DNA of 32,254 nucleotides from Octopus sinensis (GCF_006345805.1 NW_021829661.1:1-32254); one strand, 5' to 3'; positions 1 through 12,739 are shown, counted from the stretch's first letter. Notes: generated by a model from the sequence alone, not told the origin. A program made the numbers and translations.

Positions 1-370
1 TACTTATTTATATGTATATATACATATGCAGAATTGTAGGTATAAATGTGTGTGGGTGTGTGTGTGTGGTGATTGTATAAGTTTATGCATCAATATTGCA
101 TCGTGATATATTGGTGTATGTTACACATTAGTTTACACATACATATACATACATACAAATACACACTTATATGCACATAGTCACACACACAAGCACACAC
201 ACACACATATATATATATATACATACGTATTTGCATGTGCGTATATATAATATATATATATATATATATACGCATAAACTTTTGTGTATATATATACAGT
301 ACATCTCTCTGTCTCTCTCTATATATATATACACACTAACCTAGACAATATACGCATGTACATGTGTAGT

Positions 371-422
<52 letters not shown>

Positions 423-512
423 CATATATATTACGCATGCACATTTGTATGTATTTAAGTATGTATATATATAGGTATGTATACACACACACTCACATAT
501 TATATATACAGA

Positions 513-546
<34 letters not shown>

Positions 547-600
547 TATATATGTAAGCGCACATATCCAGACACGAACGCAACGTACATACATATTAAT
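1..600. repeat. Compound TA/CA/TACA microsatellite region
   Basis: Directly visible. Confidence 0.95.
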
Positions 601-1693
601 GGCCTATACTCTGGAATATTTTGCGTGTTGATGTAGGTTAATAGCTAATAAACCGGTAATTTCGAAAAGACGTTATTATGGATGGAATTATAGGAAAAAG
701 AGTTAAAAAATAATTATTCAAAAGCATTGTCTGTTTGAATAAATCACAATGGTCAATCGATCCAGCTCTGTAACAATGTATCCACGACAACTTCTTCACA
801 TGTAATGTATAGGCAGGAATAATATATAAAAAAAGAAAGATAGGGGAAAAAGGAGCGAAAAGTCGAGAAGAAGAAACGGAGCATATGGGTTAATTCAGAA
901 GAGAATATTAATGAGAATCTATATCTGTGTCTATGTTCTTTGTTTCGTTTTTAATAGGTTTGTCAGATAATACAAGCCAACGCTGACGTAATTTTTGGGG
1001 ATCTTTTTTTGTTCTTTTCATCTTTTTTTTTGCTTTGTTTTTCTTTTTATTGGGCCTTTTTGACCGATGAGGGGTAAAATGTGTGAAGCAACAACATATG
1101 AGATTCTGTATTAAGATACAACGGGAGAAAAGGATAAAACAATTTATCCTCATCCAAACAGGAAACCTGCTATGTATGAATGCCAAACATCGGTGCTGCC
1201 GTTAAACTCTGCGACAGATGAGATGTAACATAACCCACACGAATCTGATTCCACTGATTCTTCTACGACCAATTTTCTCTCGCAGACATTTATAGAAACC
1301 ATATGTCCAGGTCATTGAATATCTCTCGTATCCTACTATACCCTCTTCCTAAGAAACATTCCGGCTTACAATCTCTGCTCTTTTTACCACACAGCCGCGC
1401 CAGTGCCTATGTGTGCCATAATTCCTCATATTATATGACGAGTAAATGGTAAGTAATCCCTTTTAAAGATTTTCAAATGCTCTGTTCGGTTCTATACTTA
1501 CACACAATGTATTAGATTCAATTTATTCTATTATACTACAGGTGATCCAGTTGGATCTGGTCGACGAGGAGCAAAAACGACCTCCATACCATTGGAAAAG
1601 AATATTTTTGTACACGTACTCCCTCTCTTTCATTCTTTTTCTCTAATTCTCCTTGTCTTGCTCTCTCTCTCTCTCTCTCTTTACCTCTTTCTT

Positions 1694-1734
<41 letters not shown>

Positions 1735-1843
1735 CTCGAACACACACACACATACACACGACATTTACGCAAGCAAACGTATACATTCCAGCAACCGAAA
1801 TAGAAAACTAACCATCTCTTGGAAAAAAACACATTCCATCTAC

Positions 1844-1889
<46 letters not shown>

Positions 1890-2146
1890 ACAAATACACA
1901 CACACATACACAAGTTTACATACACATGTATGCATGCATGAATATACATGCGCTCACAAACCTGCGCCCGAAGATCCAGATCTCGTTAATCTATTTCATC
2001 CAGACACATAGAACGAACATGCTCTCCTTAGGGCCTCTCATTATCAAACTAAAAATTACGACTTATCATGAGATCGAACCCAGTATCGCATGGTTAACAT
2101 ACTTCTTAACTACACATCTAGTATTGTAGTAAAATACTGAGGCGAT

Positions 2147-2349
2147 GGCGTGTGGCTTAGTGGTTAGGCTATTCAGCTCGCGGTCGTAAGGCCGTGAGTT
2201 CAATAGCCCTGCCGTGTGTAATGTCCCTGAGGAAGACACTTTATTCCAACTCGCCGGTCTACTCAGCTGATATAAACAAGTAATACTTGTAGGTGTATAC
2301 TTACAAGCTGAACAAAAGGTCTACGTACGCGCTATATGTATATATATAG

Positions 2350-2382
<33 letters not shown>

Positions 2383-2857
2383 TATATAAAAGGAACAAGA
2401 GCGTAACGGTTGACAATGAAAAAATACAGACAGATGGACGATACAAAGACGGACGTGAAAACCAAGACGGAACATTCGTGGCTTTCTATTCATCAGTCAA
2501 GTTTTCAATTATCACTACAGTTTCGGCCTGTTAAATTGGAGACTGTTCAAAATTGGTAGGCCCCAAAAATCTAAGCTGAGGGCATTAAATTTTTGGAAGG
2601 AAGTGGGCGAATATGTGTGACAACACAGACAAAAATATGAAAAACTACAAAACAGAGAAAATGTAACAGGATTACTTGTAATTACATAGGGGTCAGCTTT
2701 GTCACATCCTGTGTCACGCTGAATCTCCCTGGGAGGTACACTAAGCGTACGAATTCTTGTAGAGTGCTAAGCCACGTGGATGTTAATTTCAAGCGCAGGC
2801 CGTTTAGTTGATCGTTGGCTCAACTCGAACCCTCATCGTCGTAATCGATCGAGTCTC
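2147..2857 (+). mobile_element. Old CORE-like SINE (family C, tail variant 3) split by an insert at about 2292-2672
   Basis: Head and central block at 2147-2290; tail 2673-2857 is homologous to the reverse complement of 31470-31645; TACTTGTA direct repeat at 2284-2291 and 2673-2680. Confidence 0.65.
2388..2670. repeat. Interspersed repeat abutting (TA)n, homologous to 24188-24350
   Basis: Shared GACGATACAAA..GACGG.ACATTCG..GC.TTC..T.TCAGTCAA..TTTCGGC blocks. Confidence 0.65.
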
Positions 2858-3224
2858 AGTTTTAAAATACTGCAGTGCTGTAATGTAGTTTAACACTCTC
2901 TCGGTTGAGTGGATATGTAGAAAGTGGTATTCTTTGAGAAGTTAAACACGTAGTAAATATCTGCTTTAAAACTGTCTAGTCTGGAAATGTATTGTTTCTG
3001 CTAAACTTGGCAAAAACTTTCCCTTTGATATATTAAAACCATGCTGAGATTAATAGCGTTCACGTATTATAAAGTAATTAATATTATTCCGAATTTCTAA
3101 TATTTAATAGACAACAATAGGAAACAGAACATAATCGCATTTTTAATGTCTTTTCACATGGAAGTATTTCCTTAAATAATAATCGATTCTAATTTAATTA
3201 CTGTGTCCGCAATATGTGAGTGGG

Positions 3225-3627
3225 GGACCCAAGTCGATTACATCGACCCCTGTGCTCGACTGCGATTTTAATTTATCTACTTCGAAAGCATAAAAGGCAG
3301 ATTTGACCTCGACGTGGTTTGAAATCAGAACGCAAAGTAGAAGAAGAATTGCTGCCAAGCATTTTGTCAGTTCCCTGCCTTAACTCTGTCTAGTTTTGGC
3401 ACAAGGCCAGCAATGTTGCGAGTATGGGTAAATCGATGACATAGAGTACCCGACTGGTACTTTATTTTTACCGGCCCAAAATCAAAAGGTAAAACTGACC
3501 TCGATGAAGTCTCAACACAAAGTAACGTTCTGGAAACAGAACTTAATCAAAATTTTAATATCTTTTTACGTTGAAATATTTTCTTAAATTATGATGGTTT
3601 CAAATTTTAGCCCCAGGCCAATTTTCT
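3225..3627 (-). mobile_element. Cluster of diverged family A-related SINE fragments (alternative tail)
   Basis: Recognisable AAGTCGATTACATCGACCCC, AAAGGCAGATTTGACCTCG and TTTTGGCACAAGGCCAGCAA blocks in two to three pieces. Confidence 0.6.
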
Positions 3628-3651
3628 TCAATAATATTGGTTTCTGTTCTT

Positions 3652-3787
3652 AAGCGGTGAGCTAACAGAAACGTTTGGACGCCGGTGAAAATGCTTAGCG
3701 GCATTTCGTCCGTCTTTACATTCTGGTCTCAAATTCCACCGAGGTCGAATTTGCCTTTCATCCTCAGGGGGGTCGACGAGATAAGCA
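3652..3787 (+). mobile_element. SINE family A 5' half, followed by a decayed family B tail to about 3990
   Basis: GAGCTAACAGAAACG..AAATGCTTAGCGGCATTTCGTCC..CAAATTCCACCGAGGTCGAATTTGCCTTTCATCCT. Confidence 0.75.
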
Positions 3788-4035
3788 CAATAGCGTTGTA
3801 CGCCTTTGTTTCTGTTTGTCTCTGCCCACAGATTCACACAGCTTCAAAACCGGCATTCGTTTCTTTACGTCCTTAAAAGCAGGCGGTTCGGCAGAAAGAA
3901 AAACGAACGATAAAATAAGGTCCAGATTATAAAATACATACTAGGGGCGTTTGATTTGTTCCATTAAAGCTCTTCGTGCTTCAAAGCGATGACCTCACAA
4001 AAATATATAAACCAAAATATATAAACAATATGAAA

Positions 4036-4440
4036 GGCGGCAAGCTGGCAGAAACGTTAGCACGCCGGGCGAAATGCGTAGCCGAATTTCGTCTGCCGTT
4101 ACCTTCTGAGTTCAAATTCCGCCGAGGTCGACTTTGCCTTTCATCCTTTCGGGGTCGATAAATTAAGTACCAGTTACGCATTGGGATCGATGTAATACCT
4201 ATGTCTGTCCTTGTTTGTCTCCTCTGTGTTTAGCCCCTTGTGGGTACTACAGAAATAGGTATTTCGTCTGCCGTTACCTTCTGAGTTCAAATTCCGCCGA
4301 GATCGACTTTGCCTTTCATCGTTTCGGGGTCGATAAATTAGGTACCAGTTACGCATTGGGATCGATGTAATCGACTTAATCCGTTTGTCAGTCCTTGTTT
4401 GTACCCTCTGTGTTTAGCCCCTTGTGGGTAGTAAAGAAAT
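4036..4440 (+). mobile_element. tRNA-derived SINE family A, head plus two tandem bodies
   Basis: A-box-like TGGCAGAAACG and B-box GAGTTCAAATTCC; body repeated from about 4258. Perfect 19-bp TSD ATATATAAACAATATGAAA at 4017-4035 and 4441-4459. Confidence 0.9.
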
Positions 4441-4466
4441 ATATATAAACAATATGAAATATAACC

Positions 4467-4698
4467 TATTTCTTTATTACCCACAAGGGGCTAAACACAG
4501 AGCGGACAAACAAGGACAGACATAGGTATTAAGTCGATTACATCGACCCCAGTGCGTAACTGATACTTAATTTATCGACCCCGGAAGGATGAAAGGCAAA
4601 GTCGACCTCGGCGGAATTTGAACTCAGAACGTAACGGCAGACGAAATACCGCAAAGCATTTCGCCCGGCGTGCTAACGATTCTGCCAGCTCGCCGCCT
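4467..4698 (-). mobile_element. SINE family A, full-length monomer
   Basis: Reverse complement of the family A sequence; 15-bp TSD ATATGAAATATAACC at 4452-4466 and 4701-4715. Confidence 0.9.
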
Positions 4699-5148
4699 TT
4701 ATATGAAATATAACCGGTGTGTGTGTGTGTCCGTGCGTGTTAAGATTCAATACGGATTTCAAACTGTTATTGACAAACCGCCATCGAAATACACTCTGCT
4801 TTGTTCGAGTTTACATCTTTTCGCTCGCAGACAACACAATCTCCTGTTTATTCATATGTCTCCGCTTCTTGCAGCAACATTTTCAGATGTCATGTTTGGT
4901 TCTGCACATGCACCAACACCAAAGCACTCACAGACACTTACTTACGCACGCACACGCACACAGGCAGACATTCATATATACATCCCTGTTACATGCGCAA
5001 GCTCACACGCAAGAGCAAACATGTAGATGGGATATAAACATGGCGGTTATAAAGTGTTGCCTGGAGACACGACGTAATCGTTGGAAATCAATTTTGAGCT
5101 TTAGTGATTATTATGTGCGACGGCATCTAAGTCACTGTTACCGAGTGC

Positions 5149-5196
5149 ATATATACATACATACATACATACATACATACATACATACATACATGC

Positions 5197-5242
<46 letters not shown>

Positions 5243-5283
5243 AATATAATATATGTGTGTTTGTGTATATATGTATATATATA

Positions 5284-5349
<66 letters not shown>

Positions 5350-5565
5350 CATACATACATACATACACAAATACATGTATATATTTACAGCCATATATAT
5401 GTTCATATCTACACATATACATATATAGGGGTATGTATATATATATACGTATACTCTCTCTCTCTCTCTCTCTATATTATATATTATATATATATAATAT
5501 ATATATATATAACACACACAGACACACATATGATATATATATATATGATATATATATATATATAG

Positions 5566-5597
<32 letters not shown>

Positions 5598-5635
5598 TAT
5601 ATATATATTGTATATTATACATACGTGTTTATATA
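5149..5635. repeat. Compound (TACA)n/(TA)n/(CT)n microsatellite
   Basis: Directly visible. Confidence 0.95.
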
Positions 5636-6672
5636 ACTAAGGCCACTATATAATAAATCATAGCGACGAAATATCGAAGTACATAAAATTGGACATTTTT
5701 ACAAGTTTCCTCGATTCATATTACATTTCTTTGGTGAAATGTCATATCTATTTTGATTCTGATTTTTGAATATAGAGAGATATATTGTCGTAATAAATGG
5801 TGAATCTCATGCGAGGAAAATCAAATTTTAGTGGCCGAAACTAAATGTCTCACAATTTCAGATTGGAAAAACAAAATCAAAGGAGAAAAATCAAATAAAA
5901 ATGGCGCCTAACATGTAGGTTAGCATTTGCGAATATAGAGAAGAAAAGTGGGTTATTGTGTAATTGTCTTTCATGATTAAATTCGATATTTCTTGCGGCA
6001 TGCATAAATATATGGAATGTATATTTACTGGGGGAATGATGGCAACATTAACCCATCTATGTTTGGTAATAATGTTTAGTTTATATAATATTCCTATTGT
6101 TGGTTTTTAACTGTTATTGTATTTGTTATGTGAGCAATATTTTTTTATTGCTAATAATGGCTCCTAAGGGAGCTTTTAAACATCAATGTTTTAGGTCGGG
6201 TTTCATGGTGTTAAAGCTGTTTGTTGAAATATAGGAAACTAGTCTACTTTCTACTCTTTTTATTTGTTTCAGTCATTGAATTCTGGCCATGCTAGATCAC
6301 AACCATCATTGTTTACCATCGTTGCACTTCTAGCCTTGTCCTGGGTAAGACTTTAAACTGCATCCAGTAACGGAGCCCGTCTTCGGGAGCTTAAGGATTT
6401 TTGAGGAATGTGGACGCATTATGAGCCATTTTTTGAACGGGTCGACTCTAATCTAGAGTAGCAACATCTATCACGGTTCCAACAATGAATGAATTAGCAT
6501 ATTATGGATTGCCTGTTATACCATGTGATGACTGGATCCCACAGACCCTACGAAAGAAACCTTCATGGCTCAATAGAGAGAAAGGTAACCGCAGTGACGC
6601 ATTATAGAATCCAGACAAGATGCGGCAAGTAAGGCATTCACTGCCCCCGTCTCAATTACCTGTCGTCTCGAT

Positions 6673-7075
6673 CTATTTCTTTACTACCCACAAGGGGCTA
6701 AACACAGAGAACACAAACAAAGACAGACAGAGGGATTAAGTCGATTATATCGCGTAACTGGTACTTATTTAATCGATCCCGAAAGGATGAAAGACAAAGT
6801 CGACCTTGGCTGAATTTGAACTCAGAACGTAGCAGCAGACGAAATACCTATTTCTTTACTACACACAAGAGGCAAAATACAGAGAGGACAAACAAGACAG
6901 CCAGATGGATTATGTCGATTATATCGACCCCAGTGCGTAACTGGTACTTATTTAATCTATCCCGAAAGGATGAAAGGCAAAGTCGACCTCGGCGGAATTT
7001 GAACTCAGAACGTAGCGGCAGACGAAATACCGCTAAGAATTTCGCCCGGCGTGGTAACGTTTTTGTCAGCTCGAC
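6673..7075 (-). mobile_element. SINE family A, head plus two tandem bodies
   Basis: Two copies of the body joined at GAAATACCTATTTCT (6841-6855); head at about 7030-7075. Confidence 0.85.
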
Positions 7076-7639
7076 CTGGTCTTGCTACCGGATTGAAGAT
7101 GGTTACGGACAAGAAAGTAAGGTTTACAGTGTGAAACCCTTCTTCAATTGAAACAAGGGGCCAGTCATCCTTAAATATGACCACATAATCCGCGTGACTG
7201 CTACGGACGAACATGTCTTCTATTACTAGTTGGTGAATAATGGAATTTCATCCTATCTCTGTGTAATTCTTGCTGTGATGTAACTTCGGATAGGATTTCA
7301 GAAAGTAAAATATCAAAGTAGTGTTTGTAAATGTTGAATATCCAATCGCTTTTATATCCCTCCTGTTTTAGATATGATATTAATATGACTTGTCTCTTTG
7401 AAATTTATACTAGACGGAAGAGACAGGTCTTTGACACTATACTGTGTTATATTGTCCCTTTCTCTATGGTGCTTTTATATTATAATCGTGTTATATTGTG
7501 CTTTTATGGCATTGTGTTATATTGTGTTTTTATGTTATATTGTGCTTTTATATTGTTCTTTTATGGTATAATCGTGGTTGATAAATAAAGGAAGCAACGA
7601 AACATTATGCTTTCACATTTTCACAGTACTTTAGAGGGA

Positions 7640-8375
7640 TGTGTTTAATCAATTACATAAAACCCATCTGCCCAGTTAGTACTTATTTTATTGACCCCCG
7701 AAAGAATGAAATGCAAAGTCGTCCTCCACGGAATTTGAACACTGAACGTAAAAATACGGCAGAAATTTTGATAATCATTTTATCCTACGCACAATCGATT
7801 CTGTCCTCAGGCCGCTTAAAAACAAAGGGTAACATAATATCCTTCTTGTAAAATACAATGATGTAAGTACAATATATAGTCTTGGGTCTGTATTATGCAG
7901 TAGAGAGGAAAAGGACGGAAAACTTGACAAGTTACTCTGAGCGCCTACAGTTGTATGTTCAGCAGTCGGAACGAAGTGTTTAGACATTCTGGCACAACGA
8001 TGGTCTATCACCGCTATATAATATTAATTTCAAACTTTGGTACAAAACCAGCAATTCCGAAGGGGTGTGTAAATCGATGAAAACGATCCCACTGATTAAT
8101 TTTCCTTATTTTCATGAACCTCAGAATGATAAATGGCAAAGTCTACATTGGCGGAATTTGATCTCAGAACGTAGGGACGGACGAAGGCCCCGAGCCATCT
8201 TGCCCAGGATTCTGGCAACGTGCCACCTTAATCCCTTTTAATATAGGTTCCAAATTTTTGGTACAAGGACAGCAATTTTGGTGGGAGGAGGTAAGTTGAT
8301 TAAATTGACCCCAGCACTCAGCTTATTTTAAGGGACTCGAAAAGATGAAAGGCAACGACGTCCTCGGTGGAATTC
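7640..8375 (-). mobile_element. Three diverged family A-related SINE copies (about 7640-7815, 8025-8230, 8245-8375)
   Basis: Each has variants of ATGAAAGGCAAAGTCGACCTCGGCGGAATTTGAACTCAGAACG; two have the TTTGGTACAA..CAGCAATT tail. Confidence 0.65.
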
Positions 8376-9372
8376 GCGAATTGGGTGATGCTTGCTTTAA
8401 CAATCCATGAATCCTATTTCCAGTCAAGTCAACTGAATCAGCGAAACATGGTTGATACAATACGGACTGACTGATACTATGAGACATCGTAAAAAAAAAT
8501 ATAAAGCAGCTGGTCGATTTCATTGTCCATTCGCGACCAGATATTGGATTTCATTGAAACAACACCAAAGAAAGAAAAAAGCAAAGAAACAAAGAAACAA
8601 AGAAAGAAAGAAAAAAAGTGAAGTTTTGAAATTCAAAGATGAAAATCGAATGTGAAGTTGCCATTTACAAAACAGGGTAAAAACTTTCACAACAAAGAAC
8701 AGAACACGTCTAAATATTTTATAATAATAAAATATATTTTCATTTATATACATCTTTATAAAAGTTACGCAGACAGCCAGTTAAATCTTCAAAGCAATTG
8801 AAAATGCCAACAGCTTTAAGTTACGTAACATCAAACAGAATGAAGAAATTTATAAAAATCAAAATTCTATTTAAAAAAAAAATAATATTTTGTATTAATG
8901 TTTGAGATATATTTTGTTCTCTTACGTAAATCTTTACAATATTTCGCTAAATATCCAAAAACATTGGATTAACAAGATTCCATGACACGACAAATTCTAT
9001 AGAAAATTATTCCGGCTGCAGTTTAGAAATAAACAATGGTGTTTGGCGTTATTTTTACTTTTTAATTTCAAGTTTGTTTTATCACACATTGTTAGAGTAA
9101 AATGGATGTTTATCAATGAAAACAGAATCAACAATATAATTAAGTTATATGATAAGTGAATAAAATAATCAAATATTATGGAGATATACAATACCGTTGA
9201 TTAGTTGTCAGTATAATGTTTGTAACACGATATTAACGTTTCCACACAGGAACACACGAATATATTAAATATAAAACGAATAAGGAAAATTAGAAACAAG
9301 ATCGGTGTCAGGGACACTAGGTGCAGCGGTCGCAAGTAACTAATTCTAATGGTAATAAGACTCAAAAATATC

Positions 9373-9529
9373 GGTTTCAAATTTTGGTACAAGAGCCCTA
9401 CTTTTTGTGGAGGAGGGGCTAAGTCGAATATATGGGCCCTAGTGTTCAACTGGTACTTATTTTATCGAGTCTGGAAGAATGAAAGGGAAAAATCAGGACG
9501 TGAAAACGGAGGAAATATGCCGCTAAGCA

Positions 9530-9530
<1 letters not shown>
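9373..9530 (-). mobile_element. Diverged family A-related SINE with internal deletion
   Basis: GGTTTCAAATTTTGGTACAAG tail, AACTGGTACTTATTTTATCGA and GAAATATGCCGCTAAGCAT. Confidence 0.65.
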
Positions 9531-9591
<61 letters not shown>

Positions 9592-9608
9592 CCTACCTAC
9601 CTACCTAC

Positions 9609-9669
<61 letters not shown>

Positions 9670-9698
9670 ATCTATCTATCTATCTATCTACCTACCTA

Positions 9699-9745
<47 letters not shown>

Positions 9746-9800
9746 TGTGTGTGTGTGTGTGTGTGGTGTGTGTGTGTGTGTGTATGTGTATCTGTGTGTG
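9531..9800. repeat. Compound (TATC)n/(TACC)n/(CT)n/(TA)n/(TG)n microsatellite
   Basis: Directly visible. Confidence 0.95.
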
Positions 9801-10164
9801 GGAGTGGATGGATGGAACAAAGCAGTTTGATTCAAATTCTTTGGTACGCTTGAGTTTCAAGAGTGATGCTAGTCGTAAACAATTTGGAATTTAAATATAT
9901 GTATACACGCACGCGCCATTGAGCCCATGAATGCTAAAGAAGAGGAAAAATATAGTACTCGAATAACGAAGGTAGAGTCATACGCTTTAATAAAACCAGG
10001 GAAGTTTTTCCCAAACTGTCACTCAGAGTCTCACGCTACCATTTGTTGGAAAATTGTGATAACAAACGGGAATTTGAAACTGAGTTTGCGAAGAAAAATT
10101 TCAGCATTAATAAGAATATAAATACCATCTACTTGGTATTTTTGTATGTATGTATATATGTATA

Positions 10165-10360
10165 GGCGTAGCAGTGGCTGTGTGGGAAGTAGCTCGCCAA
10201 CGAACCAGATGGTTCCAGGTTCAATCCCACTGCATGGCACCTTGGGCAAGTGTTTTCAACTATAGCTTCGGGACGACCAAACCTTGTGATTTGGTAGACA
10301 GAAATTGATAGAAGCCCGTCGTATATATGTATATACACACACACACACGCACACACACTC

Positions 10361-10431
<71 letters not shown>

Positions 10432-10691
10432 TGTATGTATGTATGTATGTATGTATGTATGTATGTATGTATGTATGTATGTATGTGTGCATATGTTTGT
10501 GTGTCAGTGTTTGTTCCACCAACATCGCTTGACAATCGATGCTGGTGTGTTTACGTCCCCGTAACTTAGCGGTTCAGCAAAACAGCTCGATAGAATAAGT
10601 CCTGGGGTCGATTTGCTCGACTAAAGGCGTGGCTCCATCAAGGCCGCAGTCAAACGACTGAAACAAGTAAAAGAGTAAACGACTAAAAGAG
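10165..10691 (+). mobile_element. tRNA-derived SINE family B with internal microsatellite
   Basis: TGGCTGTGTGG A-box, GGTTCAATCCC B-box, CCTTGGGCAAGT CORE-like block, internal CA/TA/TATG tract and TAAAAGAG tail; low-complexity TSD GTATATATGTAT at 10152-10163 and 10691-10702. Confidence 0.85.
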
Positions 10692-10696
<5 letters not shown>

Positions 10697-10738
<42 letters not shown>

Positions 10739-10897
10739 GTAGGTAGGTAGGTAGGTAGGTAGATAAGTAGGTACGTAGGTAGGTAGGTAGGTAAGTAGGT
10801 AGGTAGGTAGGTAGGTAGGTAGGTAGGTAGGTAGGTAGGTAGGTAGGTAGGTAGGTAGGTAGGTAAGTAGGTAGGTAGGTAGGTAGATAGGTAGGTA
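10697..10897. repeat. (TATG)n followed by (TAGG)n microsatellite
   Basis: Directly visible. Confidence 0.95.
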
Positions 10898-10976
10898 GTT
10901 GCGTGGGCGCTGTATTCTATCAGTTAACTCTCTTAACGAAACATATGAAAGTCTCATTGTACATATATTTGTTGTG

Positions 10977-11310
10977 AAGGCGCGTGGCTCAGTGGTTAGA
11001 GCGTGAGCTTACGATCGTGAGGTTGTGAGCTCGAATCCCGGACCGGGCTGCGTGTTGTGTTCTTGAGCAAGACACTTTATTTCACGTTGCTCCAGTTCAC
11101 TCAGCTGTAGAAATGAGTTGCGACGTCACTGGTGCCAAGCTGTATCGGCCCCTTTGCCTTTCCCTTGGACAACATCGGTGACGTGGAAAGGGGAGGCCGG
11201 TATGCATGGGCGACTGCTGGTCTTCCATAAACAACCTTGCCCAGACTTGTGCCTCAGAGAGTAACTCTCTAGGTGCAAACCCATGGTCAGTGTCTGACCG
11301 AAGGGGGTCA
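10977..11310 (+). mobile_element. tRNA-head CORE-like SINE (family C, tail variant 1)
   Basis: TGGCTCAGTGG A-box, AGCTCGAATCCC B-box, then TTGTGTTCTTGAGCAAGACACTTTATTTCACGTTGCTCCAGTTCACTCAGCTGTAGAAATGAGT. Confidence 0.85.
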
Positions 11311-11906
11311 CTATGTCACTACTATGTCACATATATTTGTACATATACATTGTACATATATATATACACGCATGTTGTTATTCCATTTACACCATATTCT
11401 ATTCTAAATATTCACCTTCACGCATATTGTATATCTATTTATTTTACATCTGGGGTTGGCATTTTTCTTTCCTAAATTATTAGAAGTCAGTGTCGTTGTT
11501 ATTGGTGATTGAGGTGGTGGTGGCGGTAATGGCGGCTGCGTTGCTTCTGCTGTCGCAGTTGTTACTGCTGCTGTTGCTATGGCTGCTGTTGTTGTTGTTG
11601 TTGTTATGTTGTTCTTGTTAATGCATTCATACCATATTCTGCTTTATTCACGCAAGCTTTATCTTTCCGCTTTGCAAAGCTTTCCAAACGAAAAACAATG
11701 ACGAAATAAATATTGACGGAACACAAACATCAAATTGCCGACCACTTATCATCGTTATATTACAATTATAGAGAAGCCAGGCGCAACGCCTGTCTCCCAA
11801 GCTTCTAATTAATCTCACCTTGCTCTATCTCTATCGCTTTATTCATCACTTGATATCGAATTTGTTTCGGTGAGTAGAAGAGACGTTAGTTGGCTGACGG
11901 TTTGGC

Positions 11907-12004
11907 TGGTCAGTCAGTCGGTCGGTCGGTCGGTCGGCCAGTCGGTCGGTCGGTCGGTCGGTCGGTCGTCGGTCGGTCGGTCGGTCGGTCGGTCGGTCGG
12001 TCGG
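11907..12004. repeat. (GGTC)n tetranucleotide microsatellite
   Basis: About 24 units with a few CAGT variants. Confidence 0.95.
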
Positions 12005-12132
12005 GCGGCTGGTTGTTTGGTTAGATGGTTCATGCGTTCGTTCGTTGGAAGTAGTTTGGTCCGGATGAGGAGGGCTGGCCCTCTTGTAATTTATATGCTT
12101 ATACCTTCGATAATTTTCTCTCTACACACATT

Positions 12133-12542
12133 AATTATTATTATTATTATTATTATTATTGTTGTTGTTGTTGTTGTTGTTATTATTATTATTATTATTA
12201 TCGTCATTATTATTATTTTTATTATTATTATTATTATTAATATTATTATTATTATTATTATTATTTATTATTATTATTATTATTACTTTTTTTTTCTTCT
12301 TTCAAATTTTCTTCCATTTCTTGCCGAGTGTCTTCCCGACTCCTAGGGCAAGAAACTCATAGTGTATATTGGTAGGCCATTAAACCAAACTCAGTAGTTC
12401 GTTAATTTTTTTTTTTTTTTTTTTAAGTTAAATTAAAATGCATGAGCAGCAACAGTTCTCACATCAACAATGCTCTTCTCAATACGTGTGATGTACCAGT
12501 TAATTATTATTATTATTATCATTATCATTATTATTATTATTA

Positions 12543-12610
<68 letters not shown>

Positions 12611-12677
12611 TTATTATTATTTTATTATTATTATTGTTATTATTATTATTATTGTTGTTATTATTATTACCATTATG

Positions 12678-12737
<60 letters not shown>
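12133..12737. repeat. Two long (ATT)n arrays (12133-12285, 12503-12737) with GTT/ATC variants
   Basis: Directly visible. Confidence 0.95.

Positions 12738-12739
<2 letters not shown>

Noticed and set aside
90-631. ORFs rich in YI, CV, HT or homopolymer runs here and throughout the track
   Set aside because: Translations of TA, TG, CA and triplet microsatellites that simply lack stops.
3976-4356. Recurrent peptides such as RPRKDERQSRPRRNLNSE in several ORFs
   Set aside because: Translations of SINE family A copies, not a gene family.
5798-5853. GAGG..CCGAAAC-TAAAT-GTC hammerhead-like right half
   Set aside because: The CUGANGA box is absent and the stems are not convincing.
10977-11052. Possible tRNA gene (also 13750-13823, 21060-21134, 31810-31882)
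   Set aside because: A and B boxes are present but there is no proper acceptor stem, and each continues into a SINE body.
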